Notes under the pieces: generated by a model
Seen by the model: only the letters and a program-made list of their open reading frames with translations
What the model was told of the DNA's origin: nothing
Database searches by the model: none
In this document: piece after piece, positions 49,479 to 63,554 of the stretch
Layout: every line of letters starts with the position of its first letter
Numbering within the stretch: the stretch's first letter is position 1
DNA from: Trichinella spiralis
Lineage: Eukaryota
NCBI RefSeq assembly: GCF_000181795.1
Contig: NW_003526941.1
Coordinates: forward strand, 5,557,053-5,621,052
DNA: 64,000 nucleotides
Direction: 5' to 3'
Position numbers and translations under genes: made by a program

Positions 49479-50477
49479 ATGTCCACCGATGGTCGTGTTG
49501 AATGGTCGCAGACAATGGCGACGGACAGCTTTTCACAAGGCTGTCACACGGCCAGGGCGGTGGTCGGCTACGCCGCAACGTTGTCCACCCTGGTCTACGT
49601 GTTCTTGTTCTGCAAGTACGCCAACCTGCGAACCAAGCTCAACTGGGCAGTGTGCAATTTGATAACAAGCAACGGTCTGCTGGCTCTGGCGATGGCCATC
49701 TTCAGCACGCTGAAGGCGGTCGACGAGCACTTTTTGCACGACTACTGCGGCTGCATCGTCTTCACCTGGGTGTTGGTGTTCTTGTCCTTCGCACCGTCAT
49801 GGTCGGTGGCGTTGATGGCTTCGACCCGAGCGATCCATTATTCAAATTTCCCTTCACTTGATGAACGTCGACGAATCAGCTTACCAATTTTGGTCGCCGT
49901 GAGGCTGTTTACCGCGTCGGCCGACGCCATTGTCACATCGGTGATCGTCTCGCAGAAGGAAAGCATCGCCCTGGCCACCCGATGCACATACCAGCTCATG
50001 CTGGACACGTCGCCGGTTTACATGATATACACGCTTGTGATCATTTTGGCGTTGGTCACGGCCGGCCTGTGGGCTATCATCAGCCGGATACGTTGTCGTC
50101 GAAAATTGCTCGCCTCGTTGTCGGCCAACGGCGCCGTCGGCCACGATTCCTCCCCGTCTGCACTGCTCAAAGCCGACATCCCGTCCAACTTGTTCGCCCA
50201 ACCCGGCCTGGTCACTTTGGGCTTGGCTCTGGCAGCACTGTTCACCTTGCCCAGGGTTGCTTTTTTCGTCGACGACAAATACTTTTGGCAAATATCCACC
50301 GTCTGCCCGGTTCTCATTGCCCTGCTCTTGCCGGCCATTTTCATCTACCACACCGACGAGTTTCGATCTCGTTTAGCCGAACTGCTTTTTCCAAATTCTC
50401 ACCATAACAGTAATAATATCAGCAATAATCAACATGTTAACAATCATAATACCACTGCTTTACATCAGTGCTGTTGA
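49479..50477 (+). CDS. Intronless orphan 7TM receptor (divergent class A GPCR-like), 332 aa
   Basis: Seven hydrophobic segments. NWAVCNL (TM2), Cys at the top of TM3 (DYCGC), ALMASTRA at the DRY position, LLPAIFIYHTDEFR at the NPxxY/helix-8 position. GC-rich ORF. Confidence 0.75.
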   Translation: MSTDGRVEWSQTMATDSFSQGCHTARAVVGYAATLSTLVYVFLFCKYANLRTKLNWAVCNLITSNGLLALAMAIFSTLKAVDEHFLHDYCGCIVFTWVLVFLSFAPSWSVALMASTRAIHYSNFPSLDERRRISLPILVAVRLFTASADAIVTSVIVSQKESIALATRCTYQLMLDTSPVYMIYTLVIILALVTAGLWAIISRIRCRRKLLASLSANGAVGHDSSPSALLKADIPSNLFAQPGLVTLGLALAALFTLPRVAFFVDDKYFWQISTVCPVLIALLLPAIFIYHTDEFRSRLAELLFPNSHHNSNNISNNQHVNNHNTTALHQCC

Positions 50478-50829
50478 AATTGTTATTCATAATTTCATCA
50501 TCAGTTTTACCCTGTTTCTTTTTTAAAATCATCATATTTTTGTTAATATTATTTGCTTTTTTATATTTTTAATCCTATTTTTCGTTCCATTTTCCCTTCT
50601 TGTTCGTCTTCTCTTTGAAAATTATCCATCTTTCTGTTTCTTGTTCCACCAACAAAGCAAAAACAACAAATCAACAATTGTTAACATACATACATACAGC
50701 CGGTTAAATTAAATGCATTTTTACCTTAAATTTATTTATAAACAATTATGGTTTCTGCATTTTTATAGAAAAATCGATTGTTACTTATTTTTTAAAAATT
50801 TATTCATTCAAAATACAATCAAAAAATAT

Positions 50830-52307
50830 CTACTGTTGCATCTGGGCTCGTATTTTCTTCTCCATCCATGTACGCCATTCCGTGCACCGAATTTCCAATC
50901 TTGTCATCATCTGTGAAATTTGAAAAAAAACAAACAATCAAAACAATCCAATACAATCTGAATATATATATATATATACCTTTCGGATAGTTTGGGGTGA
51001 TGCGGAACCAGTGAATTCAGTAAGCGCATGTTGGTGTAGTTTTGCCATGTAACCAATGGTCAACGTGCCGTTGTCGCTTTTGTCTTCCAGTGTCTCCGAT
51101 GCGGATGTTAACAAGTCGTATATTTCAATACCGGCTGACACTAAAGCCATTGTGCAACAATTCAAACTAGCACACAGGACTAAACCAAAGAAAAAAAATA
51201 TACATATATGACTGAGAATAATATAATACAGGCAGGTAGGCAACTGAGGAAACTTTTCATATACATCTAATGAATAGTGATAATCAGTAGAACAAGAAAT
51301 TGATTGTTTCATAAAGCAATTATTCTACATTTTGTTTTTTTTCATATTGTTTTAGATTGTAACTGTAAAAGTAAAATGTCACTTCTTATCTTCATCAGTA
51401 TTATTTCTCAGTACGGTAGAGAGACATACATGGTTCAGTGAAAACTCATGCCTAGATAATATAAATTGATATTTTCAGTTAATTTATTATTTCCAGTAAA
51501 CTTTCTCACACTGTTATTATTATTATATACATACAGGTCAAATATGATACTATTCTTAAATTTTCTCTTGCTAATCACTAATAATGACCAAGTTGACATA
51601 TTTCACATATATATATATTGACACGATAACATTCTAAAAATGTTTTCCACTGAAATAATATTTCTCTCACTAGGTGTTAATCAATTTTCAAATGTCGAAT
51701 TTTATTTCTAAATTCAATCCACTCACCATTGCCTGAATCTTGCAAAATGGAAATAATTAATACAATTTCCGCTTTTGGATACCTTTCAACGAGAACCACT
51801 GAATCGAATGCTTGCTGTATAAGTGTAGCTAAATTTTGTTCCTCACTCAGGGCGACTTCTTTGCGACGACGTTGTAATCGTGGCGTTTTGGCAAATGGGG
51901 CAAATCGAACCGAAACCGTCAATTTGCCGCAATTTGCCAACAGCATGCCCATGCTATCCTCGGAACTTTTGTGCGCTTCACGTGGACCAATGCTGAAATC
52001 AAATTCACCATTCCATAAAACACTCTTGAAAATTCTTCATCGAAACTTACTTACACTGTACATAATATTTTCGTTTTATTCATCTCAATATAAGCGGAAC
52101 CTCGAAATGATTCAACACAGTTCATCTTCATACCTTAAATATATATATATTCTTTTTGAATTCAGCTTCTTGTAAAATCCTTTTTATTTCTAACATCTCT
52201 TTACTTATCCTTAACTCAGTTGCAACTGGATTCGATTGTTCCAAATTCTGTTCGCTGTTTTCAGCCTCTTTACACAACTTGCTGTATGGAAAAGAATTGT
52301 ATTCCAT
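50830..52307 (-). CDS. EXOSC6: Exosome complex RNase PH subunit MTR3 (EXOSC6-like); 5 exons
   Basis: GSAYIEMNKTKILCTVIGPRE; VSVRFAPFA; EEQNLATLIQQAFDSVVLVERYPKAEI; ALVSAGIEIYDL. Closer to MTR3 than RRP41 by motif recall. Start is tentative because the contig ends at 52369. Confidence 0.8.
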
Positions 52308-54036
52308 ATCTAGGATTTGAATTGATCTGAAAATTTCTTCACAAAGGAAAGTATAGACCCCAAATGATTNNNNNNNNNNTTGAAAATGTCACACCCTTAT
52401 GACTGAAAAGATTGATTATTTATTTATTCGTTTGACTGGTTTGTTTCAATTTCGCTTCAAGTTGCACTGGCCAAATATGCTGTATTTATGATTAAAAGTT
52501 AGTCGAAGAAAATTTTTTTTGGTTCGTTTTTTCTGCCGATAAATGTAAAAGGGTTACATCAAATTTTTTTTAAATTTGTACCATATTTGAAATATTCAGT
52601 CGATGCTGAATAAATTTACTGAAGTGAAATGTTTTACTTTTATTTTTATTTACAAAAATATGCAGGAGTGTTCTTGCTTGATTCGAATTGAACACTTTGT
52701 TTGGTTGGTGGTGGAAAATATTGATTTTCTTCTCATTTCAAACGTAGTGTAGCAGTTTTTCCCATTTTTTTAAAATTTGGTAAAACTTCTATTCCTTGCT
52801 AATAATATTGTTTATTATTGCTTCGAATAATTAAAAAAAAATAAATTTTCCACCCAGCATTGATTGAGTAATTTCGTTTCAGTTCGCTTTGAGCTTATTT
52901 CATTATGTTTGTTTAATCTCCAGTAATTTACTTATCAACAACAGTTGAACGTTTGATCTGTTGAACAAGCAGTTTGTTGGTTATTCATTCATTTGTACTT
53001 ATTTTCACTTCAACTTTATTAAAATTATAATCCACTACTCCACGTGACAACCTTCGTTGAAACAATCGTATCCCATCTTCTTCACCTTCTCATTCTTATT
53101 CATCACTTATTCTCTGCAAAACATTTTTTCTGCATGCTTTTCAAGTTTATTACTTATTTTTAATCTTTCGTGATATTCAGTTTTGCTTACATATTCAATT
53201 TCTACGTTGATTTTAAAGTTTTAAAAATATGAACATGATTTACTGATTTGAATTACTGTATTTTTTTTGGTAATGTTCAATTAAGGCAGTTTTGATTGTT
53301 ATCTTTTTTCAGTGAAGAAAATGGTTGAATTTTTATTTATATTTTGAATTGATAAAATTTTCAATTAGCAAAATGATTATTATTGAACTTTTTCTAATTT
53401 CCAAATTGTTAATCAGCCAATTTAACCTGTGATAATTTTACAGTAGGTTTTAAAAAAATGAAGTTATTTATTTTTTAAATTATTATAAGAAAAGTAATTT
53501 ATCACTTTGCAATTCGTTGACGAACTTTGAACTTTGAACTTTTGTTTATTTGGCTATTTTTATTTGAAAATTGACTCAATTTAACCGCGATGATTTTTCA
53601 CATAGAGCAAGTTTATTTGTTTGTTTCCATTTTAGCAAAAGAAGATTTTAAAGACGAGTGCAAATTTGTTTTTCTTGATTTATAATCGGTCGACGGGTTA
53701 CATCATACAAAATGTGATTGATCTACATGAACAAAGGTGATCTTAATACATACTAAGTAAGACTACATGCAGAAAGCAGCATGGGAACGGCAAACAACAA
53801 CGAGTAAGTTGTTTCTATTTACTGATGGAAATTAATCCGAATCAACGAAATTTGTTCTTTTTATGCAAAGGTAAAATAATTTGTTTTTTTTAAATAATTT
53901 TTAGTGAAAAAATGAAAATTCACTTGAGAAGTTTAGAAAAATAAGCAACTGTCACAAGAGCAGTGTAAAAGTGACCAATGAACCAGCATATATACGCATG
54001 TAAGTATGCATGTAGGTTTGTTAGTGTATACAAGGT

Positions 54037-54067
<31 letters not shown>

Positions 54068-55321
54068 GAGTTCGCATGTGTTACGCTGCGGAGGAGAGTT
54101 TTGGAGGCATTTAGTAGAAAATAAGCAGGCGAACGTGAAGAGTGTAAAGAGAAATAATGAAATGAATAAGAAGAATTGAGCGAAGTGGAATGGAGTGGAA
54201 TGAAATGAGTGAGTGTTTTACTTTAACTGATTTCTGATTGGGTTTGGACTTTTAAACCAAGTGATGCGCGTTTGTTTCATTTTGCTTGCGTGCCTTTGCA
54301 TCAAGCGGCTTTTCACTCTGCAACACAAGCGCTACGCATACACATGCACAACATATACACGCCATATGCACGTGGTTTTAATGTTATTCCTGGTTCTCTT
54401 TTTTTCCATTGAATAGAAATTTTCTACTTTTGATTATGATAATTATACGGCATATTTTCATGGTGAAAACAAAAACTATTCATTCTGCTTTTTCTTCTTC
54501 TTCTTCTTCTTCTTCTGATTTTAATTCTCAGCTTCTTCTATGAACAACAACAGTATTGCTTTTTTCATTGAATCAACATTTTTATTACTATTATTATTTC
54601 ACTTTTAAATATTGTTGAAGTAATGAATAGAATGAAATGAAGAAGAATAATAACTTAAACTTCATTCCCTGTGATAAGTGTACAAGGATTTCTTTTTTCA
54701 TTTTTCTTAAATTTAAATTCTCATTTGCAAGTGTCAAACTTTGTGGTAAGGCTAAAAATTTTTATTATTAATTTTTCTCGTTGGAAATAGCAATTTTGTT
54801 TTAAAATTTTTCATTTATTATTTAAAAAAATTTATTATTATTATTATTGTTCGGTTATTTCTTTTCTCCAATTCATTTCTTTTCTGTCAAATGATATAGC
54901 TTTAATGAAACTTGTCTTCCGAGTTTTCAATTTAAGCATGTTCTGTTTGCATAGAAAATAAGAGTGAAATTCAAAGTTGCTTACTTACGCTGATCACAAT
55001 GAATGAATAACTTGTCTATTTGATTTTGCTTTATTTTCATTTGAACACTTTCATTTTATTATAATATTTTGGAGTTTATGAAAAAAAATTTTTTTTCTTC
55101 ATAAACGTTGTTTATTTTTCTCAAATTATTACTTTCAAACATGCATTGTAACTTGTTGTTGAAATCAGTGATTGACAGTGCAACAGGCATATATCAATTT
55201 CCAAATTTTGCTTATGAAATTGATAGCTTTTTTTTGTTGTTTTCTTTGAAGCTGATGTTGTAATAGTTGAAGATATTTTTGACCATCATTACAAGGTGAT
55301 TGATTCATTTCAGCATCATTA

Positions 55322-55353
<32 letters not shown>

Positions 55354-56659
55354 GTTGATTGATGAACGAAAAGCTAGAGCTTATTTCAAAGATTTATTTT
55401 TCATACATTATAAATACTTTTGTTTATTTATTAAATTATTCACTTGAATTTAATTTTCAAAAATTGTTTCTTTTTCAATTAGCATCAGTAGAATGATGTT
55501 CAAAAAATAATATTCAAATTTTTATTTTATACGAATATCTAGCATATTTATTTTTTTGATGCAATAATAATTTATTAATTTTGTTTAATTGTTTCACTCG
55601 CAATTGACGACATTTAGTGGCCCGTTGGAATTCTACCGACGAGTAGTAATCGTAGTAGTAGTACTGCGTAACAACCATTCATCCTTTTGGAATTGCTAAC
55701 CAAACGCTTTCAACCTTCGCCATCGTCATTGCTTCAAAATAACATATGCACATTTTGCGTAATTATACAACTCAAAAATGAACCAATCGCTTCGTTGTCA
55801 TCTTCTGCAACTCTTTCTATTACACCTCCATGATCAAATATACTCATATTCTTCTTCAGTTAACGTGTGAATGATGAATTAATTTCTTTTGTGTTCATCC
55901 ATTCACTCTCTGATGAAGCATTGCTATTTTTTTGCTCTTCTACATTACTTATTACGTATTTAAATTATTATTATTATTATTATTATTATTGTTTTACAAT
56001 TGCTTATTATACTGTTGCTGGTTTAATCATTTTGCAGTTTATCTCAATGAGAAGGACGCGTGTACACTTCCGGTTATTGCTTTTATCAGCTATCTATGTC
56101 ATCAGTTGCTTTACTGTTGTTGTTCTATAAAATGGAATTCACATTGATAAAAAAAATAAAATAAAACAAGAAATATACAATAAAATAGATGATTGTAAAA
56201 AAAGCTATCATTTTCGCTTCCATCATCATCATCATCATCATCATCTGACTTTGTTGTTGATCATCTGGGAAAGTTCAAAGTACACACTTACTTGTACATC
56301 AACGCATTGGCATTAACTTATTATTACTGCACTTGTATGTGTGTGTGTGTGTGTGTGGTGGTTCGGTTGTATGTAATTCAAGTTTTTCTTTTCGTTGTTG
56401 CTTTGTGTAATTTCTGTTTAAAATATTAAAAATTGCTCGAACATATGTATATATATACATATGCCGCAGCTGATAATGATAATATATGACAGTTTCGCGT
56501 GCAGTATGCATTCAAATTTTCAAATATTATACCGTATATTCAACAGCTGTTCTTAATTAATTGCTCATCTGTTGCAGGAATTTTTCTGTCGTAGAGGTGA
56601 TATTTATCTCTCTCTCTTTTTTATCTTTTTTGGAATTTATTCTGAAATAAATTTCAAAA

Positions 56660-59600
56660 ATGCCTGACAATGATGCACTTTTGCCCGCCGTGGAACAACA
56701 ACTCGACAAACTACCACCACCAGTAATATATTTTAATATGTTTGATCAATTTTTTTTATAAATATATATTTTTTATGAAAGTATATTTTTATTATTTGTT
56801 CAAAAGGATGAAGATTCCGACGATGATTTGTCATCTACATCAACAGAAGACGAAGGTCCACCGCCAATGATACAAATTGCTGAAAAGAGTGCTGACATAG
56901 GAGCATTGGTAAGTTGATTATTCATTTCTTTTTTTCGGTTTTTTTTCCAAATTTTGAAATATTCTTCTTTGAACAATCAGCATACGATAGTTGTGTTGTT
57001 TTCTTCTTTTTTTCTTTTAAGTTTATAACATTTACATATATATGTATATGTGTATGTGTACAGATAGATAGATGTATGTTTACTTCAGTTCAACTCTGAG
57101 ATCAATTTTCTAGTTTCAGTTTTATGAAGGGAAATTTGTTTGCTGTTTAAAAGTTGTGAACTTATGAATGAATGAATTTTATATTTATCAATTGAAATAT
57201 TGGCTAATTTGCATGTTGAAAAGGTTGAAATGCAACTGACCGTCGTGTCAGTTGCCATTGGGTCACATTTGGTTTAACGCACCACCACCGGTCGATGCGT
57301 TTTCCAAATCTTGAGATGTGAATGAAGGTCGTATATTTGGAAAAATTCCATTCCTTCATCTATATTGCACACTGATCTTGCATAAAATTTGTTTGTTTGT
57401 TTGACATACTAAATAATTAATTATGCATATTTTTGATATATGATTGAAAATTGGATTCTCTTAGAGAAGACAATTCCGTGTATAATTATATAAATTTTTT
57501 TAATCACGCTTAGGACGTTGACGTGAATTCAACTTTAAGCCTTGACCTAATCGTGCGTTTTGTCGTGAACATTTAGTAAACAAAACAAAATTGCTCATAT
57601 TTATGAAAGCGTTGCAGTTATGATCTCCTGCTCCACTGACACTTGCTTTCACATCACCAGCCGCTCGCTGTATTACGTCAGATTTGATTTGCATTACAAG
57701 ATTAAGCATCAGAATAAATAATAAGCGCGCGCGCAATTATTTATTGCCAGGATAAGCTAAAAATTGTTTATTTTTTTGCTCATGTCAACCAGAATTCATT
57801 ATGTAAGTTTTTTTTCTTTTTTAAATATTTTATGAGAAATGAAAAAATATGTATTAATTTTTGAGCACATTATAATGGCAGAATACCAAATTATAGATTA
57901 TATTTTAAAAAATTACAACTCTGTTATAATTTAATAAAAGCAAGTAAACATATGTACATATATATTTTTTTTCTTTGTTCTTTTCTAAAATTATCTCAGT
58001 ATAATTAACATATTTTATAATTTAACATGTCATTGTGTTGTCGGTTTTGGCTTTCCGTAGGTGAATGCAGAAGAATGACATTCTGATGTGCAATAATTTA
58101 ATTAAATGAGAACAAGGTCTTGATGTTGAAAGTTGTTTTCACCACTGAAGCTAGTATTTAAATTTTTGAATTATTTCAGTGCTTTTATTTGTTTTGAAAA
58201 AACAACAATACTATACAAAAATGGGATTTTTTCTCCCATTGTTAAATTTATTTTTCTTAATTTTTTAAAAGTACTTACAAAAAAATGTCACACTGTTTGC
58301 TTTTTATTCTTCTCGCTTCAATAGTCGGTCCTGTTTTATATTATAATAAATAAAGTGTTTCTTTTTCCTCATTTTTATCGAGTGAATAAAATATTGTGAA
58401 TTGATTTTAAAAAAGAATAAGAAAAAAGTACATCATATGTGTATAATAAGATGAATTTTGATTGTTAACAATTTTCATTATGCATTTTCGTCTATTGATT
58501 AATAACAGTTTGTTACATCATTTTAACAATCAAAAGAAAAAACATTGAGATGTTATTTTATAAAATTTACTTCTTTTTCTATTTCATCATTCTCTTCATA
58601 GTGAATAATTTGTTTTTTCATACTAGTGAATGAAAAATAATATGTAAATTAGGAAAATTATTATTGGATGTTGTTGCTTTAATTATATGATGATGCTTTT
58701 ATATATTTTTATACACTGACATTTATTTTTCTTTTCTTTTAAAATAAAAGTAATTTTTTTATATTTCAAATCTGGTGCAAAAGAGATAATTTCACTCCAT
58801 TGAGGTCAATGTTGAAAATCTGACGGCAAAATTATTCTAATTTATCATTTTGTCATCTTCTTCGGCTGGCTGCAATTTTATATATAGTTGTGTATAATTC
58901 AGCATACGACAGATGGTAGTTCTGATTACTTGAATTTAACATTGGATGATATTTTTTTCAAAAAAAAATAAAGAAAACATTCTCAACTGTTCCGTTATGA
59001 TTGTGATTTTTGTTCATTTGGTTGTCTGGTCACTCAGAAAGAATTATTAATATTATATGCAAACCGAAGGAGCAAATATTTCAAAACTTTCACCAATCAG
59101 AGCACGAAACTGAAATTCTTTCCATAATTAAATAGATATTATATAAATAAATGTTTGTTCATTTGATTGCATATTTTTTTTCTAAATTTATAAATATATA
59201 TATATATATTCTTGTATGATATTTTAATTATGATTATAATTGGAAAATATTTGACTTTTTCAACATTTACTATTGTATTCCATTTGATTCAATTAATTGT
59301 CAAAGTCAGCATTATTCCTTCAAGCACTGCTGGTATTGTTGCCGGGGGCGGAGCCAGATTCAAACATTTTATTACAAATGTGTGACAGTGGTCATTTTTA
59401 TAATCGTTCGATTCTTGTTAAGCGCACACACAATTTATTGTTATTTCAGGGTGACATGCATCGGAAAATTTTTTTTCTTTGCTGTTGCTGTTGTTGTTGT
59501 TGTTCAAGAGTAGCATTTAAAGTGAAGCAAATTTATGTTTAATTTTTTTAATGTATTCACTATTACTCGAATCGAGCATGAATTATCATATTTTTCTTTG

Positions 59601-59705
59601 TTGTGTGTAGGTGTAGGCGTGGGATTCAGTTTGTGTAACATTTTGCTGTGGAACTGCAGTAGTAGTAGTAGTAAAAGCAGCAGTAGCTTAACATAATAAT
59701 TATTC

Positions 59706-59741
<36 letters not shown>

Positions 59742-62354
59742 CCACATGCTTTGCACTTTTCAGAAGTCGACTTTTCTTCTGACCGACGGACGAAACGAAG
59801 CTAAACAACCACCGGAAAAACAAATCCCAGTTGAAGGTTTAGGCAAAGAAAATCTGGTCAATATCACTTTAACATTTGAAAATTTCAAAGATACTAAAGC
59901 GATCGAAAAAGCTGAACGCACACCGTTGACACTTGTTGATAAAGTTTGTTTTGTTGATTTAATTGATTTCATAATGCATAATAATTGAATTTAATAGGAA
60001 CGCTATTCACAGTATAAGCAGAAATTTGAAAATATTGAAGAAGAATTGAAAGAGAAAAAACGTGAAAAGCAGATTCTCAAAGAAGATATCAAAGGTGCTG
60101 GCAAGGATACTTTGAATCAGACGAAAGATTTGTTCGAACGTCTCAAGGATGCGCCATCCCAAGATGCTGCTGCTGTTGAAAAGAACGTCGAAAAAAAATT
60201 GGATATCACTTTGAGTGCGGACGATAAAAAGCGTATCAAAGAAACATTCTTTGAGGTGAAAACAACAAGAAAATTTTAAGTTTAAATTATTCTTTTTATG
60301 CAAATAACTAATTAATTAAATAATTAAGAGTAAAGAAAAAGATGAACCGCACGAATGTAGCATCTGCGGTCAGGTGGTTTATCCAATGGAAAAGTTGCAG
60401 TTGGAGAAAAAAGTTTTTCACAAATCATGTTTCAAATGTTGGAAGTGTAAAAAAACTCTCAAGTAAATCGAGTATCATTTTTTATTAATTTTTTATATTC
60501 ATTTTTCTCATTCAATTTTACTTTTTTTTTCGAAAACAGCGTCCAAAATTACAATTCACACGAAGGTAGATTGTATTGCAAAATACACATGATGCAACTT
60601 TTCCATCCTGAAGCGGCTATCACCGACGCAGCAGCTGATGATGAACAACAAGGTATATATTAATTTTTTAATTTGGTTTTTTTAAATAATCATTTGATTT
60701 AAAATGTTTCTCCAAATAACTAACCTTTTTACCTCTCTTCCTTTCCTTTCATCTTTTTTTTTCTTGCTGTCTGTCCTCTATTATTAAGCCAGTCGCGACA
60801 ATTTATTGAAAATTTCTATAAAATCCATAAAGACTGAAGCTTTACACATTTTAAACACATCTTTCGTCCATTTCAATTAAATAATGCACTGCACATTTTG
60901 AGGAAAACATTTTTTGAAATTATTTTACGAAAAGCACGTTTCGCGTCATTTTCAATGAAAAATTGTTTCATGATCAAGAAAAAAGCACTACGTTTTATTT
61001 TAATAAAAAGAACAATAAAAATTTTGCAATTTTCAATTTGAATAATGGCAATCAATTATCAATAGATAAATGGAAGTTATGCAATTTGAAATTATTCAAT
61101 TTCAATGTTATCTATCTTCTTTTTGTTTCAAATTTTTTTTGCATTTTTTTTGATTTTGTGATCATAGAGATAGTATTTGATCGATTTCCAAACGGATGAG
61201 TCATTTTTTTGCTTGTTTTTTTTATTTGCTTTGTTATTTTGAAATAAAAATAACGCGAAGGGCAATTTTTAGACGTCAGTGCAACCGACAGTGATGAAGA
61301 AAGCGACTATGCAATTGTGCGGCGTCCGAAAGCGCTTGATCCCAGCGTTGTGAAAAGTAATTTTATTTTAATTTTTTTTTAAAATATTAAATATTTTTGT
61401 TAAATAACAATTGAAATTAGTACTTATTAGTAGAGTTGTTTAAAAAAACAAAACAAAACAAAATACTGAATGATTGTCGCAAATTTCAAAAATTCATCTC
61501 TTCAAATATGCATTTTTATACTTTTCATTACGATTTTGCATTGTAAAAATGAAACAGTGCCATTTGATGTAGTTGTTATGGATTAGTAATTATTCTATTA
61601 TTAATAGATTCATCGATTGTAAAGAATCTATATTGTTGCAATGAAGTTTGAATTATTTGAAATGAATTCAGTTCCAATTAATATTTAACTGAACAAACCT
61701 TACTTTCGAATATTGTTAGCAGTTAGTTATTCATTTCTTTTTTTTTCAATTTCAAGATAGCCAACGCCCTATTTTTGGATGATTCATTTACTGCTTGATT
61801 GATTGATTGATTCATACATTCATTTGCATTGATTGTTTTATCGAGTTTGAATCTTTTATTCCTATGCGTATGTATGGGCGCTAGTTTGTGGTGGTGGTAT
61901 TTGATGAATTCAATCAAATTGGCTGAATTTGCAAATGTTCTCTCTCTCTTCATTTCAAACACGTCGTCTGCTTGGACCAGTGATGATTAAGTGACTGTTG
62001 AAAGCACCAGTATCAACAATAGCACTTACAGCGGATCGTGGGGGAAGGGTTCACACATGCACAACACTGATCGAGGGGAAATGCGCAGGGCGCATTGTGT
62101 TTTTATGTAAATAAACAAACAGTAATATATTATTATTAATTTGTTTACTTGTTTACTTTTCCAGTTTGTTGAATTGATCTATTCCTTTTCTGTTGTGTAG
62201 GCAGTTTGAAAACGGCCGACGATCTCGGCGCCATACCAAGCTTAAGCAATCGACGATCAATGTTGGAACAATCGCAAGAAGGTCGAGTGGAGCGAAAATC
62301 ACAAATCGACGTCGACTTAACTCAAGCTGGCAAAGTGAAAGACAAACTTAGTCG
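56660..62354 (+). CDS. 5' half of the EPLIN/LIMA1-like LIM protein (N-terminus + first LIM domain)
   Basis: Exons at ~56660-56722, 56807-56908, 59764-59943, 59998-60255, 60329-60462, 60540-60652, 61273-61356 and 62201-62354. LIM domain ECSICGQVVYPMEKLQLEKKVFHKSCFKCWKCKKTLNVQNYNSHEGRLYCKIH. The last two exons equal the first two exons at 43396 and 44330. Confidence 0.85.
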
Positions 62355-62475
62355 GTATGACGGTGATATTGTTTTATTTTTATTTATTTATTTTGCATCT
62401 TTATTCCCTAGTTGTCTGTTTACGTTTTTATGTATATTTGCTTATTTTTATTGATTATTTTTGAAGCTTTGTCGA
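60853..62475 (+). repeat. Second copy of 42971-44600
   Basis: Same sequence as 42971 onward. Similarity decays after ~62475 toward the gap at 62803-62812. Confidence 0.95.
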
Positions 62476-63554
62476 CTGGGCCAAATGTGGAGTGATTTTA
62501 TTCAACAAAACGAAAGTTCGTCCACTTTATATAACTTTTTTGATTTCCTTTTTATAATTCATGCGATCGTCTTATTCGGACCTATTGATCGTGCAAACGG
62601 ACGGATCGAATTGCATAAAATGAACAAGCAAAATCGACTGCGATCGTAAAAAATAAACCGCCTACAATATTTTTTAAAAATTGGAATATTTTTGCCATTA
62701 AGCTTCTGTGGATGGTTTAACTCTGGAATGTGAACGCAAAACGAACCGCTCTGCGACATTACGCTAAACAGTGCCCCTTTTGCAAGGGGGGGGAAATGGC
62801 TANNNNNNNNNNTTCATGATGTTCCTGTGAAATGTTCAGATTTTTATTTTATCCCAATATCTTACTGATTTATTTTTTTGATGCGTGAATCGATTATTAC
62901 CTTCCCGGTGTGTTTCACTCGCATGAGTGTACATTTATGGGACCGGAGATTCTCTACCTACGATGCATAATCAAAATACTATCACATTAAGGGCGCGACT
63001 CAAGAAAGGGCTACCCACCACAGCGTTACTATCTTTTCGTTTCTGAAACTCTGTTTCCACAAATGATTCGCACAGTTTTGATATATAAATCATACATAAA
63101 TATTCCACTCACTGCTTTGTCTTCCTCAGCAGATCACATTAGTGAACCCCCATGATCTGATATATTCAGAATAATCTTCCATCTACGCGTTCATGTAAAG
63201 GTCAGACATCGAACCTGCGATTCTCAATTCTCTGCGGGAAATGGCTATTTTTTTGTGCTTGAAAATTGATTTAACTGCTTTCAAGCACTATGACTGATAT
63301 TATCACTAATCACTTTTTTTCGTATAGATCATACTGATCTAATCGAGTGTTTTGGTAATATACCGCTTCGATTATTACACCACTACATGTGCTTTTATAT
63401 AAAAATCAATGAAGGTAACTATTGAGCTGCACACCGGACTGAATGCAAAAACTGTTTCTTCTTCTTCCAATACTCAGTATCTGACTCCACATTAGATTTG
63501 AATCTAATCGAAGACTGTAGATCGGATTATGATATTTTTACCCTNNNNNNNNNN

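Noticed and set aside
52380..56650. Long AT-rich stretch with microsatellites and a possible small exon near 53780
   Set aside because: Consistent with the upstream or 5' intronic region of the LIM gene. The ORFs are low-complexity artefacts.
57232..57255. Perfect 9-bp hairpin gcaactgac-cgtcgt-gtcagttgc in the LIM gene intron
   Set aside because: Too short for a pre-miRNA, and I recognise no ncRNA family.
62476..63544. Divergent tail of the duplicate and the small contig 62813-63544 as novel sequence
   Set aside because: Progressive decay toward a gap looks like a low-quality read end. The small contig has no supportable ORF or motif.
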